Shown here: piece after piece, positions 39,530 to 53,820 of the stretch | How positions within the stretch are numbered: position 1 is the first letter of the stretch | Layout of the letters: every line of letters starts with the position of its first letter | NCBI GenBank assembly: GCA_951406725.2 | Contig: OX597817.1 | Coordinates: forward strand, 95,790,001 to 95,854,000 | From: Octopus vulgaris | Lineage: Eukaryota | Direction of reading: 5' to 3' | Length of the DNA: 64,000 bases | The notes under the pieces: model-generated | What the model was told of the DNA's origin: nothing | Seen by the model: the letters and a program-made list of their open reading frames with translations, nothing else | Databases searched by the model: none | Program-made: the position numbers and the translations under genes

Positions 39530-39690
39530 TATATTATATTATATTATATTAAATTAGAGATAAAACCACTATTAGGCAAACCAAACAGTGAAAAACATAA
39601 GCCAATACATAAAATTAATTTAAAAATATAAAAGTTAAAAATAAAAAATTATTTAAATAATTAAAACTTATAAATTTTATATATATATAT

Positions 39691-39721
<31 letters not shown>

Positions 39722-39900
39722 GTTCCGGTTGATTCGGGGTTAACCACAGTAATAGGTATCAATACATAGCAGAGTAAAATTAATTTATTATATATATACA
39801 GGATAGTACTGTTTCATTCAAAGAAATCTTCAGGAAGCTCAGGAGCTTCCTGAAGATTTCTCTTGAATGAAAGTACTAGTCCTTAAACTCCTTCTATATA

Positions 39901-39968
<68 letters not shown>

Positions 39969-41030
39969 AATATTTTTATTATATTTATATATTAATTAAT
40001 TAATTAATTAATTAATTTTTTTTAAATATCAAAAGTATTAAAAGTTTAATAAAAGATAAAGAGTAAAACACTACGATCGTTTCATGGCTGTACCAATTCG
40101 AATAACAATAATTTAACTTCAATTAATAATTCGAGTTATGGTTACAGTCAATCTTCAAGTTAATTGAAATATTTTAAAAATAATCAGAAATATATAAATA
40201 TATATATATATGTTTGTTTGTATTTTTGAAATTAGCTATTTCATCTTTAAATATGAAAAATTAATTTATTAGGTCTTTATTATATGTGCATATGTATTTA
40301 TTTATAGAGTTTATTTTAGATCTTAATTATAATATTTATATACATTTATATATTTTCATTGATAATTTATATATAATAGTCATTTTTTAAAAAATATTTA
40401 TGTAATTAGATATAGACTATTACAGATATTAGATTATTGGTGGGTTTCTTACCTTATAATTAAAATTAATATTTAACATTATAATCGATTTTGATATAAT
40501 TATAATTGTTAAGTTTTAAGTTTCTAGTTTGATAATGGAGTTTATTATAAGTAAAATTATTATATTATTTATATCTTAAAAATATTGTTTAAATATTTCT
40601 GATTATTTTTAAAATATCTCAATTAACCTGAAGATTGACTGTAACCATAACTCGAATTATTAATTGCATTTACATTATTGTTATTCGAATTGGTACAGCC
40701 ATGAAACGATCGTAGTGTTTTACTCTTTATCTTTTATTAAACTTTTAATACTTTTGATATTTAAAAAAAATAAATAAATAAATTAATTAATTAATTAATA
40801 AATAAAATAATATATAAATATAAATATAAAAATATTATACATACATATATATATATATATATTTGTATATATATATATTTGTATATATATATATTAAATT
40901 ATTTAAATATTTTTTTATTTTTAACTTTTATATTTTTAAATTAATTTTATGTATTGGCTTATGTTTTTCACTGTTTGGTTTGCCTAATAGTGGTTTTATC
41001 TCTAATTTAATATAATATATATATTATATG
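39530..41030. repeat. Nested AT-rich inverted repeats (pLTR-like)
   Basis: Outer arms are about 39530-39700 and 40860-41030. Inner arms are about 39960-40190 and 40595-40845. A small palindrome lies at 39801-39883. Confidence 0.85.
40621..40720 (+). ncRNA. Hammerhead-like motif with long stem II
   Basis: AC-CTGAAGA-TTGACTGTAACCA...TGGTACAGCCAT-GAAAC-GATC-GTA-GT. Palindromic ACGATCGT. Stem I is weak. Confidence 0.5.
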
Positions 41031-41077
41031 TAGAAAAATACAAACTGGGACAAGAACGTAAAACATTTAGAAAACGA

Positions 41078-42213
41078 TTTCTGGACCCCCGAACTTGGAT
41101 GATCATAACTTTCAGAAAAATGGATTTTTTAATGAAATTTTCTATGAGTATGTGTTATATCATGCAGATTCCGAATATACAAAACTTTTGGAGGAAAGTG
41201 TTTTAGGGGCGGGGAGATTTCGGAAAATTCACCGGGGTCCACTTCAATTCGTCTTAACTTTCAAGAAAATGGGTTTTATTTTTAATGAAATCCTCTACGA
41301 ATATACCTCGGACTATGTAAATTCTGAGAACATAGGAATTTTGGGGGAAAACAACTGGGGTTATTTTTGAGGACCGTTCCCCACTCGAGGGTTGTTTCGG
41401 AACAAGTGGTCCATATTTATTTCATTTTCTCCACTTAGTGCGTTTATGCATACGTAGATTTCTACTGAAGCAACAAACGGGCAATGAAGGCAAATGAAGC
41501 CCTCACCAGAATACGCGTTATGCTAAAAATAACAGCTACAGGTCTGGTACACAGAAATATGTTATTAAGACGACTTATCTGTTGCATACATTCTCTTTTT
41601 CACTTTAAGCAAATCCCAAGGTAAATGTTTCTAATAAAAAGGTAGAAGACACCAGAAACAAAAATTAATAATATACACGCACAGTTAAATATAAAAGTGT
41701 AGAGTATAATTTGTTACATAATCTCTATAGTAAGCAAGAAATTGAATCTAATAATTCCCTGTTTTAACTTTTTTAATTACATATATATGTGTATGTGTGT
41801 GTGTGCGTGTGTGAGTGAGCGGTAGAAATCTACGGATGCACAAACACACAAAACGGAAAAAAATGAAACAAATATGGACGACTTCTCCCGAAACACCCTC
41901 GAGTGGGGAACGGTTCTCAAAAATAATCCCCAGTTGTTTTCCCCCCAAATTCCTATGTTCACGGAATCTACATAGTCCGAGATATAAGTGTAGAGAATTT
42001 CGTTAAAAAACATCCATTTTCTTGAAAGTTAAAACGAATTGAAGTGGACTCCGGTGAATTTTCCACAATTCCCCACCCTGCCCCTCCTAAGACACTTTTC
42101 CCCAAAGGTTTTGTATATTCTACATGATATAACACATAGTCATACACAATTTCATTAGAAAGTATCCATTTTTCTGAAAGTTACGATCATCTTAAGTCGG
42201 TGGGGCAGAAATC
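41078..42213. mobile_element. MITE/foldback-like element with diverged arms of about 385 bp
   Basis: 41078-41465 is the inverse of 41820-42213. Confidence 0.75.
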
Positions 42214-42713
42214 TGTAGTTAAGCCAATATATATATATATCACGTGATCACGTGACCGACCAGACCATCAGATGTTGTTACACATCGCCGGTCACAATGC
42301 GTTCGCATTGTTTTAGCCTTCGAATGACGCCACCCCGCTGGCTAAGCGAGCAGGCCAAGAGAAGAAAGAGTGGGAGAAAGAGTGGTGAAAGCGTACAGCA
42401 GGGATCACCACCCCCTATATATATATATAACAAGCCTTAGCAAACATATTCTGTGTTTTGCTAGAAAGAGGTAGAAACTGATATCAGTCCGAGATGTAAA
42501 GTTATCAGTAAATGTTTTTGATTTTCACTCTCGATAAATTTATCCCCTTTTTGTGTTCCCAGCACTTGGCATCCTTATTTAGGAGCCCTTAATTATATTT
42601 CTACATGAATAATATTTTTCTATATGAATAATATTTTGTCTAATGACTAATTCGTCTTTTGTGCTGAGCCACTGGTAGTAATCTATATTATTACCCTTTT
42701 GTTTATATATATA

Positions 42714-42838
42714 CTAGCAGCATAGCCCGGCGTTGCCCGGGTATGTAAGAGCCCCTAGTAGGCAACGACTAATCCCAATCTAGTCATTTCCCTCTGGGGA
42801 ACGAAGGCGCATGTGTAGGTTGCAATGTCTTCTCTTCA

Positions 42839-42841
<3 letters not shown>
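42714..42841 (-). mobile_element. Helitron 3'-end fragment
   Basis: Minus-strand hairpin CCCGG-GCAACG-CCGGG followed by ...CTAG|T. Confidence 0.6.
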
Positions 42842-42878
<37 letters not shown>

Positions 42879-42881
<3 letters not shown>

Positions 42882-44121
42882 GGGTTAGGCAAAATATTGG
42901 AAACATTAAAATTTCAAACAAATTTATTCTAATATGTAGTAGGACCGCCTTTAGCAGTAATTATAGTTTGAATTCTACGAGGTTTGGACTCGTACAAAGT
43001 TTGAATTGTTTCCAAAGGAATTTTTGTCCATTCTTCAGCTAAAACAGTCTGCAGTTCTTGCAGTGATGCTGGTGGAGGACATCGACTCCTTACTTGCTTT
43101 TCCAAAATGCACCATAAATGTTCGATAATATTGAGATCTGGCGACTTTGGTGGCCAAAAAACTGTTCAATTTCACTGGAATGTTCCTCATGCCGTTCAGT
43201 AACAATTTTAGCTGTGTGAATTGGTGCATTATCATCCTGAAAGATTGCGTTTTCCTCCGGAAAATGTTCCGCGTCCATATGATGAATTTGATCAGATAAA
43301 ATGCTTAAATAGTCTTGATTATTAATTCTACCATGAAGGGAAATCAATGGGCCGGCGGATTTCCAAGATATAGCCCCCTACCAGATTATCACAGAACCTC
43401 CTCTATGCTTTACAGTTGGAAAAAGACAGTCTGGGTCAAATGCTTCCGGCTGGTGGTCGGAAATATGGTAAAGGATGACTCGTCCCAGAAAAAAAATCTT
43501 CCACTGCTCTAGGGACCAAATCTGTAGGTTTTTACTCCACTCTAAACGCTTTACAACATTTGCTTTTGAAACTAGTGGTTTTCTGATGGCACCCCTCCCG
43601 TGAAATCCGGCTTTGTACAGCTCCCGGCGAACAGGTCTTGTGGAAACTGGGTTCTCAAGGTGGTCATTAAACTCTGCAGTAATTTTGGGAGCTGTAATTT
43701 TGTGATCTTTTCTAATAATTCGCAAAGAGACCGACGGTCCCTATCTGAAAGTTTTGGTTTTATTCCGGAGTTTTTTTCGACGAGGAGGTTTCTACCTCTT
43801 CTCAAGGGCTCTCATTACTTTCAAAACAGTACTTCTTGATACACCAAACATTTCGGCTGCTTTCGTTACGCTACTGCCTGCCATACGAGCACCAACAATT
43901 TGATCTCTTTGAAAGTCCGACAAATCTGTCATTTTAATGAATTTTAATAACCTCTTTCTGATGATATCTGAAAGACATAACAGCAATTTTAGCAAAACAT
44001 ATTAAGCAACACTAATAATAAATGAAAAACATAAAAATAAAAAAGCTTTTGACGGTTCTATAGATATTTCAAAATTATGATGCTATGATGCTAGGTGTTT
44101 TCTTTATTTTGTCAAGCCCCT

Positions 44122-44122
<1 letters not shown>
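42879..44122 (-). mobile_element. Full-length degenerate Tc1 transposon
   Basis: TIRs CAGGGGTTAGGCAAAATA and TATTTTGTCAAGCCCCTG lie in TA repeats. The frameshifted transposase reads MTDLSDFQRDQIVGAR (HTH), PTVKHRGGSVIIW, FQDDNAPIHT and SPDLNIIE. Confidence 0.92.
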
Positions 44123-44170
<48 letters not shown>

Positions 44171-44486
44171 CATACATATACGTATATATTTATATGTATA
44201 TGTAAATAGATATATATATGCAAATATATATATCAGTAAACGCATATATATATATATATGTATATATATGTATATATATATATATACATAAATATATATT
44301 GACATGTATAAACGTAAATATATTTTCCGGAGATGTACTTGCATAGCAATTGACCTGATCCGAGATCTTGTGCTGAAACAACAATTGCAACGTCGACGGT
44401 GTTTATAAGGCGTTTAAAATCACGCAAAACCGTTAGATCCACTTCCATATTTAAATTTAATTTGCCAAAATAATTTTCCGCTTTTA

Positions 44487-44537
<51 letters not shown>

Positions 44538-44629
44538 ATACACACGCATATATATATATATATGTATATACATATATATATATATATATACATACATACA
44601 TATATATACATATATATATACGTATCTAT

Positions 44630-44661
<32 letters not shown>

Positions 44662-44676
44662 TATATGTACATATAT

Positions 44677-44750
<74 letters not shown>

Positions 44751-44835
44751 GTAAATGTAATAGGGGACATATAAATTCCTCTATTTATATAATATCGAGG
44801 TCTCTTTCATTCTTTTGTTGTCTTACTATTTTTAT

Positions 44836-44881
<46 letters not shown>

Positions 44882-45174
44882 AATATATATAAACATATTT
44901 AAATAAATATATATAAATATATTCATATATAAATATATAAATATATATATAAATATATATATATAAATATATATATATATAAATTAGAGAAAAACCACTA
45001 TTATGCAATTCAAACAATGATAGACATAAACCAAATCATAAATAAAAAATAAAATATATTTTAAAACATTTAAAATATTTTATACATATATATAAATAGA
45101 TATATATATGCATATATATACATATCTATAAATATAAATATAAATATATATATAAATTGTTTATTATTAGATAC

Positions 45175-45690
45175 CAAATTAATTTACTAAGCCCTGCACT
45201 GTTGCGTTTATTGCTATCCCTAAACGCAACAGTACAGGGTTTAGTAAATTTATTTGGAATCTAAAAGACCATAATAAGCAATTTAATTTAGATTGGTTGA
45301 TTCTCTCCATTTCATTCCCAAACGATAAAGAGAAAGAATAGCTCTGTAATAGTGAACTATTTTCTATTCTATTTTCTAAGAATCCCCTTGTAAACACGGT
45401 TATAGGGCGTGCTTATCGATGTAATCATTGGCAGAAACATACCTTTAGTTCATATAAGTGATATCGACCATTATATATAATTTGAACATTGATTTTCGTG
45501 TTACATTTCACTTCCACAAGATATATCTATTTCCAAGCCTTTAAAGCTTTTATTTTAATTCACAAATCGCTCTATATTTCTCCCTTATTAGTTTTCTTTC
45601 TCTTTCTATAGGCAACCTTTGACATTATATCTTCTAACGGTATTTTAAAAAAAAATTAATAGCGTTCCGTTCATCATTATACACATTCTG
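45175..45690 (+). mobile_element. PLE 3' fragment (GIY-YIG C-terminus)
   Basis: LCNSELFSILFSKNPLVNTVIGRAYRCNHWQKHTF. Same family as 7448-8200. Confidence 0.65.
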
Positions 45691-45980
45691 TTAATAACTG
45701 TTAAAACCGAACTGCTTTCTTCGCAACTTGCACTAAGAATAAGGACGAGGTAAACTTACTACCTGCTTTTATAGCAAGTTGATGCAGGTAGTTTATCTTA
45801 TCCTCCTCCGACTTTTAGTTCATGCAATTGAAAAAACCGCATTACTTATGGGATGACTCTCTCTCTCTCTCTGTATATATATATATATATATATAAAATT
45901 AATTAAGGGTAGAAATTGATATTTATCAATTAAAACCAGTGGTCTAGCATATTAAAAAAGAATCCGAAGATTAAAATATT

Positions 45981-46236
45981 TATATATACCAATTAAGGAC
46001 TGAACACGAAAAGTGGACAGTCAACATGCTAGATATAGACGTCAAATCGCCATTCTCTACAAAGATTATGTTCTCAAAATATACGAAATTTCGTATATTT
46101 TCACTTGTTTATTGCCTTGGTTTTGTGCTGAGTTTGATTTGAGAACATAATCTTTGTAGAGAATGGCGATTTGACGTCTATATCTAGCATGTTGACTGTC
46201 CACTTTTCGTGTTCAGTCCTTAATTGGTATATATAT
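45981..46236. repeat. Near-perfect palindrome (arms about 95 bp, spacer about 60 bp)
   Basis: Seen directly. Confidence 0.9.
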
Positions 46237-46684
46237 ATATATATATACATATATACATATATATATAGTTATGTTTATATACCAACAGAATGTGGAAGTC
46301 CTATAAAGACGATGTTACTGTTGTCTTAGCCCCAGGAAAACATCTTTCCTAGCTGGCTATCAACACAATTTGTGTTCGTATAGCATGTGCAAGGGAGATC
46401 ACTAGCTTGTGGGTTTCTCACACTGAGGACAGATAACATTCAGAAACCTAGGTTTGTGAGTATCACGCATAGCTGGAGATGGGGGCGATGGTCAAAAGTG
46501 ACGCTGCTTATCTGCAAGTAAGCACTTGGTCACTTGAGGAACACAGCTCGGCTTTAGTAAAACTGCTCTGAAAACACTTTGCTATTGAGTATGATATTAT
46601 GGTCTGATATCTATGTGGTGTTTCTAATATTATGTAATTTTATTTATTGTGAATGGAAAATTGCTACATTCTCTTTTATTTCAG

Positions 46685-46818
46685 TCCCATTACGCTTGAG
46701 CGCAAAAGAAAGGAAGCGAATGCGAAGAATACAAATTGGTGACTCAATAATAACTGATGATATACAGCTTGATGCTAAAGGTTTGAAATCGTATTTAAAT
46801 CAATTAGCTTTACGTTAA
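46685..46818 (+). CDS. VWA-domain gene, probable terminal coding exon
   Basis: The acceptor TCTCTTTTATTTCAG is in phase 1, matching 37754. Encodes (L)PLRLSAKERKRMRRIQIGDSIITDDIQLDAKGLKSYLNQLALR* and is followed by about 700 bp of non-repetitive UTR-like sequence. Confidence 0.6.
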
Positions 46819-47547
46819 CTATAAATGATCAACAAATTCATGTCTATTGAAATTTATTCAATTCTATTTTGCAAATAGTTATAGATGCCTTTCAACATAT
46901 CTTTTTATTGTAAATATATATATATATTACTATACATTGACCATCAAAAACTATAGTATTAGGGACCTTAAAACTAAATATATATATTCAAGTACAGAGT
47001 AACAATCATAAGCGCACCCACTTCCCTCTCATACACAAAACATTGTTATTAATTTCCCCTTGAGTATATGCACTCTCTCTACCCTTCTCCCCCTCTCTCA
47101 GTCACTCACTACCATGATGAGGCAGTCTTCAGCGAATAGTACACCTGTTTTGTAATTATAATTTTTAAAAAAATGAGATTCAGATCTCATGTCTGAATGA
47201 TTCAACTCAACTAAATACACTTGTACATAATACGCTCTGTTAGGCTGTTTAGATGAATATTAATAGAAGAAATATTTGTAGAGGGCAACTTTTCTTATGA
47301 AAACTGGATCTATTTCACTTCTTTTTATTATTAACCTTTCATCTAATCGATTACTTGACTAATCAATCCATTAATTGTTTTGTCGGAGCCCTTTTGCTAT
47401 CAATCGTTACATCAGCAATCATGTGTCAAAACTGGGTCTTGTGGATTTTGTTATTGTAATTACGCATTTGGAGATGAGTGAGAGCGAATGAGCGCAAGTG
47501 TATGGGATGTACATTCCGTTGATGTTAAGTTTCTTGTCTCTTTTGGT

Positions 47548-47589
<42 letters not shown>

Positions 47590-47976
47590 GGATTGCTTGT
47601 TAGAGTATGCATGTATGCAAGTGCGTGAATATGCGTGTGCGAATTTGTTTATCGTATAATCCTGTTATCTTCCTTCAGTGAGTCATTGTTCTATGACTTT
47701 CCTCGTACTCTTTTCGGTTGAAGGATTAATTAATCCATCGACGCATATATGTACGTGTTGTTACACGCACATCCACTGCCACCCACATGCGTATATATAT
47801 ATGAATTTATACATATGTATACACATATAGTTATACAGATATATAATTATTAATGTATACACATTCTAAGCATACCACACCTATGCACGGGGCAACCTAT
47901 CGTCTGACTATACACACTCAAATGTATTTGTATATACACACATACACACACACACACACACACACATACACACAAA

Positions 47977-48240
47977 CGTGGTCTGATCAATAAGTATCCA
48001 GACTGTTGCCATAGTAACGAAGTTAAAGCACGCAGAGTGAAGTCACTTGGTGCGGATTGACCTTGAATTCAGCTGTGCATGTGAACTAAGTTTTAACGTT
48101 CTAGTTTACTTCCGCTGTTTACAACAGTGCTTGGAAGGAAGGTGTGTAGCGTGTGATCGTCACATTGATCATGACAGAGAAAATTGAGCAGAGAATCTGC
48201 ATCAAATTTTGCGAAAAGCTTTGCAACACCTGCTCAGAGG
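47977..48240 (+). mobile_element. mariner 5' end (TIR plus transposase start)
   Basis: CGTGGTCTGATCAATAAGT terminus and MTEKIEQRICIKFCEKL. Confidence 0.7.
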
Positions 48241-48456
48241 CCATTATTCTTTTATTTGTTTCAGCCATTTGACTGCGGCCTTGCTGGAGCACCGCCTTTA
48301 GTCGACCAAATCGACTCCAGGACTTATGCTTTATAAGCGTAGTACTTATTCTATCGGTCTCTTTTGCTGAACACGCCAACATCGATTGTCAAGTGGTGGG
48401 GGGAAATCACAGACACACAAACATATACGTCCATACATACATACATACATACACAC

Positions 48457-48527
<71 letters not shown>

Positions 48528-48692
48528 GGCGCAGGAGTGGCTGTATGGTAAGTAGCTTGTTTACCAACCACATGGTTCTGGGTTCAGTCCCACTGCGTGG
48601 CACCTTGGGAAAGTGTCTTCTACTATAACCTCGGGCCAACCAAAGCCTTGTGAGTGGATTTGGTAGACGGAAACTGAAAGAAGCACGTCGTA

Positions 48693-48744
<52 letters not shown>

Positions 48745-48954
48745 TGTGTGTGTTTGTGTGTCTGTGTTTGTACCCGTTGCATTGCTTGACAACCGATGCC
48801 GGTGTGTTTATGTCCCCGTTACTTAGCGGTTCGGCAAAAGAGACCGATAGAATAAGTACTAGGCTTACAAAAGAATAAGTCCCGGGGTCGAGTTGCTCGA
48901 TTAAAGGCGGTGCTCCAGCATGGCCGCAGTCAAATGACTGAAACAAGTAAAAGA

Positions 48955-48997
<43 letters not shown>

Positions 48998-49150
48998 ACT
49001 GGTTTCTTTCAATTTCCGTCTAATAAATACACTCACAAGGTTTTTGTCGATCCGGGGCTATAGCAGAAGACACTTGCCCAAGATGCCATGCAGTGGGACT
49101 GAACCCGGAACCATGTGGCTGGTTAGCAAGGTACTTACCACACAGCCACA
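48240..49150. mobile_element. Cluster of tRNA-derived SINEs (full + copy 48528-48955; minus-strand pieces 48240-48425 and 49000-49150)
   Basis: Same family as 29719-30105. The + copy appears nested in the internal microsatellite of a minus-strand copy. Confidence 0.8.
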
Positions 49151-49182
<32 letters not shown>

Positions 49183-49210
49183 CTTTATTTTAAGCAGCAG
49201 AAAATTCAAC

Positions 49211-49257
49211 AAAATCTGTTACTCTGAGTTTCTCGTTGCCGTTCATCAGACAGTTTT
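49211..49257 (-). ncRNA. Minimal type I hammerhead motif (mirror of 51716-51762)
   Basis: Exact reverse complement of the motif at 51716. Confidence 0.75.
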
Positions 49258-50347
49258 TGCTAGAATGGAATCGATATATCAATTCAATCTAGACTCTTAC
49301 AAACGCTACACCTTTAAAAAGAAATGGACTTGTTTGATTGGCCCTTTAGAAAAAAACGGTCAATCTTCGAGCGATAAACAAAAAGGTCAAAAATATATGT
49401 ATATATATATAAAAAAGCTTATAAAAATTATAAAATCCGAGGAAAAACCTTACATTGAATAAAATACATATTGACATTAATGAAGAAAGTATAAATTAAT
49501 TCATAGGAATTAAACCTGTTATAAATATTACACTGCAATACATATTTTTATTAAAATGTGCATATATATATCAACATACACAAAAAAGATGCGCGCCAAC
49601 GCCATACATATACAGACGTATGAATATAAATCTAAATATACACATAAATGCATGTGTATATATATTCACGCAAAACCATCTCGCACGCAAGTTAAAAATC
49701 ATGTATGTAGCGATTCTCATATACTGAGTAAGGGGGGGGGGGGGAACGAAAGAAAGGAAGAGAGAGAAAAAGGAACGAAGGAGGGGTGGGGAAAAAAACG
49801 AAATAAGAAAAAAATATGTATACAATCTGTGTAACGGCGTTATTGGCATATATGGGGACAAGTATACAAACAAGTTCGTATGGATACATACATACAGTCG
49901 TGTATATGTGTGCTTAAGCACAAACATACTCTCACTTACACATACACAGATACGCATGCTTACAAATACATATCCTCGGCTATACACATACTTACATCAA
50001 CATTTTAATTTTGACAACATTGCTTTTTTTGAAAAAAAACATTGCTTTTTTTTAAAAGAATGGGTGCATTAATAAAAATATATACGAAAGACATATAAAA
50101 TAAAATATAACACCCTATTTTGGATCATTTATAAATAATCAAGGTAATATAAATAATCAAGGTAATCCTATACAATACAGTAACCTGAAAACAGGGTCGA
50201 AGGTTTTTCCTGATGTATATGTAGAAACATAAGACTTTGCTATACGGATTAAGATCCGCATAGCTTGGAAAACAAAATCCATTGTAGCGTTCATCGTTCA
50301 AGAGTCAAAATCAAAATTTCAAAAATCAAAAATACAAAATATATACT

Positions 50348-50980
50348 CTATCCATATGGTATATTTATATTCGACATTTTAAATTTAGCCGCGTGCCTAC
50401 ATAAGTTCATTAGCTCACTTCTTTGATTCAAAGAATTATTGTCTTTGAATAAGATGTACATTTTTTCTAATAGACAAAGTTTGCACTTGAAATTATTTTT
50501 GTAAGCTCCATGCCTGTATGGTGCCGCCCTGTCCAGAATGCTCCATGTCACGTTGAAAGGTGGGGCTTCCTTTTCTTTTAGTTCCCAGACATATTTTGCT
50601 AGGCTGGTCCTCTTCCTATTCTCTGGGTATTTAAATGAATTTTTATGAGAATAAAATCTTGTTTTAAATGAATTTTCTGAAGCCCCTGTGTATGTCTTGT
50701 ATTCTGATGAGCCTTCCACTTGCACCTTGGCTCTATAAACTACTCCTTTCACTAGACATTTCCCTTCTAACGGACAGGAGCTTTCGTTTTTGAAATTGCA
50801 TTTCTTAATGGGCTCGGCACCATGTCTAATCTCAATTAGCTTCCTATTATGTTGGCTAATGTAAGAGGCGAAATTTCTAGGGTTCTTCTATTAAAAATCC
50901 TATAGAATTTATGACCCTGCTTAAAATGCTTAGAGACTAATCTCAAAAAGTCCTTACCTAATTAGTTCAAAAATTCCTTA
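50348..50980 (-). pseudogene. PLE C-terminal region with GIY-YIG endonuclease
   Basis: GKDFLRLVSKHF...IFNR, CNF.....CPLEGKC, GVVYRA...YTGASENSFKTRFYSH, CKLCLLEK..I and LNQRSE...CRH. Confidence 0.88.
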
Positions 50981-51715
50981 CCTAAGTATGTGTATAGCCG
51001 AGGATATGTATTTGTAAGCATGCGTATCTGTGTATGTGTAAGTGAGAGTATGTTTGTGCTTAAGCACACATATACACGACTGTATGTATGTATCCATACG
51101 AACTTGTTTGTATACTTGTCCCCATATATGCCAATAACGCCGTTACACAGATTGTATACATAATTTTTTCTTATTTCGTTTTTTTCCCCACCCCTCCTTC
51201 GTTCCTTTTTCTCTCTCTTCCTTTCTTTCGTTCCCCCCCCCTTACTCAGTATATGAGAATCGCTACATACATGATTTTTAACTTGCGTGCGAGATGGTTT
51301 TGCGTGAATATATGTACACATGCATTTATGTGTATATTTAGATTTATATTCATACGTCTGTATATGTATGGCGTTGGCGCGCATCCTTTTTCTGTATGTT
51401 GATATATATATGCACATTTTAATAAAAATATGTATTGCAGTGTAATATTTATAACAGGTTTAATTCCTATGAATTAATTTATACTTTCTTCATTAATGTC
51501 AATATGTATTTTATTCAATGTAAGGTTTTTCCTCGGATTTTATAATTTTTATAAGCTTTTTTATATATATATACATATATTTTTGACCTTTTTGTTTATC
51601 GCTCGAAGATTGACCGTTTTTTTCTAAAGGGCCAATCAAACAAGTCCATTTCTTTTTAAAGGTGTAGCGTTTGTAAGAGTCTAGATTGAATTGATATATC
51701 GATTCCATTCTAGCA

Positions 51716-51762
51716 AAAACTGTCTGATGAACGGCAACGAGAAACTCAGAGTAACAGATTTT
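51716..51762 (+). ncRNA. Minimal type I hammerhead motif
   Basis: CTGT-CTGATGA-ACG-GCAA-CGA-GAAA-CTCAGA-GTA-ACAG. Stem I is CTGT/ACAG, stem II is a short GNRA-capped stem and ACTCAGAGT is near-palindromic. Confidence 0.75.
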
Positions 51763-51859
51763 GTTGAATTTTCTGCTGCTTAAAATAAAGCATATTACTC
51801 TACCACTGGTATTTGAGTACTCTTTTTTCCACCTTGTTTCACATTTATGTGTTTACTCC

Positions 51860-51904
<45 letters not shown>

Positions 51905-51907
<3 letters not shown>

Positions 51908-52185
51908 CGGGCCGACCAATGCCTTGTGAGTGGATTTGGTAGACGGAAACTGAAAGAAGCCTGTCGTATATATGTGTGTGTTTGTGTGTCTGTGTTTGTC
52001 CCCCTAGCATTGCTTGACAACCGATGCTGGTGTGTTTACGTCACTTAGCGGTTCGGCAAAAGAGACCGATAGAATAAGTACTGGGCTTACAAAGAATAAG
52101 TTCCGGGGTCGATTTGCTCGACTAAAGGCGGTGCTCCGGCATGGCCGCAGTCAAATGACTGAAAAAAGTAAAAGAGTAAAAGAGT
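51905..52185 (+). mobile_element. 5'-truncated tRNA-derived SINE
   Basis: Same body as 48528-48955, with an (AAAAGAGT)n tail. Confidence 0.8.
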
Positions 52186-53820
52186 AATATCCGCTAGCAC
52201 ACGCATACACAAACAGATATATGCACATATTTGCATGCACGCATGTAACTATTCACGCATACTCACACAAATAGTTGTGACAGCTTGTATATCGGTGGTA
52301 AAATGGTAATTCTGGGATCGTTATTAATTCTTCCATACTACATTGCCCATTACACACACACAATTCTCTCCCTCTCTCCCTCTCTTTCTCACACACACAT
52401 ACATGCACACACACTCATATACACACACAAACATATCTGTCTATATAATCATACACATGTGCATAACTATGTCCCTGTGCATTCAGACACAGGTATAAAT
52501 ATATATCTGAACACATCCGCACACATACGCGTGCACGCGCGCGCACACACTCACACACAGAAATACGCGCGCGTACACACATACACACGCATATACAAGC
52601 GCACAATTACAATAACGTCCACATACTTGCGCTAAAAACACATGTACTTATATTGAGGAGGGGAAATTTATGACCGGTATGGCTGTTACAATTTCCTTCA
52701 GGCTTCTTGCAATCTTTTTCCTGGTACGTACATAGCTTGTTCAGCTGGTGGATTTTTCGGTATTATATTTGCTATTTTCAGCACACTGACATATTTATCA
52801 TTTGCATGTTGGAAAATTCCGATATAGATTTTTTTATCCTTATATACACTTGCCTGTGTTCCACTATTCTTTGAGCTCTGTCGCGAGTGGTTTAACATAA
52901 ATGTTTGGATAGATTTGTTGCAGTTGACCTTCATAGTTACACGTTTTCTTTTAGAATTCATTTTGCATTCTATATAGGTTATCCTGTCAAGGGGGCATGT
53001 CATATCTGGATATGATGTAATGGAAATGTCTGATTTTTAGTTACTTTAATCTTTAGTTCTGTGTCGATTACTGCTTTTCTTAATTTATGGGCTTCTTCAC
53101 CTTAAAACATTACTCTCCGGAAATTGTCACTATCATACTACGGACCTGCCTTACCACCTGTGTTATTCTTTCTAACCTAATTTACTGTAGTTACCGTGGA
53201 GAAAAATTGTTCTCTTTTATGGTAAACGCTGTAAAAAACACCATATCTGACCAGTGCTGCTGCCTATCGGATTCTCTATGATAACTGCAGTGTGTTTGCC
53301 TTTAGAATTTGAAATGCTACAAATGTATTTTAACTAACCTAATGTTCGTTTATGCCTAAACATTGCTTGGCACTGATACTGCCAAATTTCTTCTGACCAG
53401 ACGGTCCCATGGCGTAACTCAGTGCTGTTGACAGTGCTTTAGTTACAGCTACGTTTAAAAATCTTCCCCAGAATTACTTCTCTTTCGTATTTCGCATCGA
53501 TGACGGCTAAAGAGCTAGAAACGCATCTGGGAATCCGATAAAGCGCAGCTATGGTGTTTTTACACCTTTAACGGATAAAAAGAGAATTTCTTCGCGATAA
53601 TTGCAATGAATTTGCCTTGAGTAGTTGAAATGTGTCATAAATATATTTTAATTCACCAAAAGTTCGCATTTATAAATATACACATGCACACAAGGTGTCT
53701 GGACTAAATTCGACAGTTTGCATAAAAGGGAAAAGTAATACAGTTCTATATTTAAAAGATGAGGAATTATGTACATTATATACATTCGACGGATATTTGT
53801 CCTCATCTTGTTTGTTGTTA

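Larger units (their letters stand above)
49183..51860 (-). mobile_element. 5'-truncated Penelope-like element flanked by inverted pLTRs
   Basis: Arms 49183-49994 and 50983-51790 are near-identical inverted copies enclosing a GIY-YIG ORF end. Both have (TA)n flanks. Confidence 0.9.
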
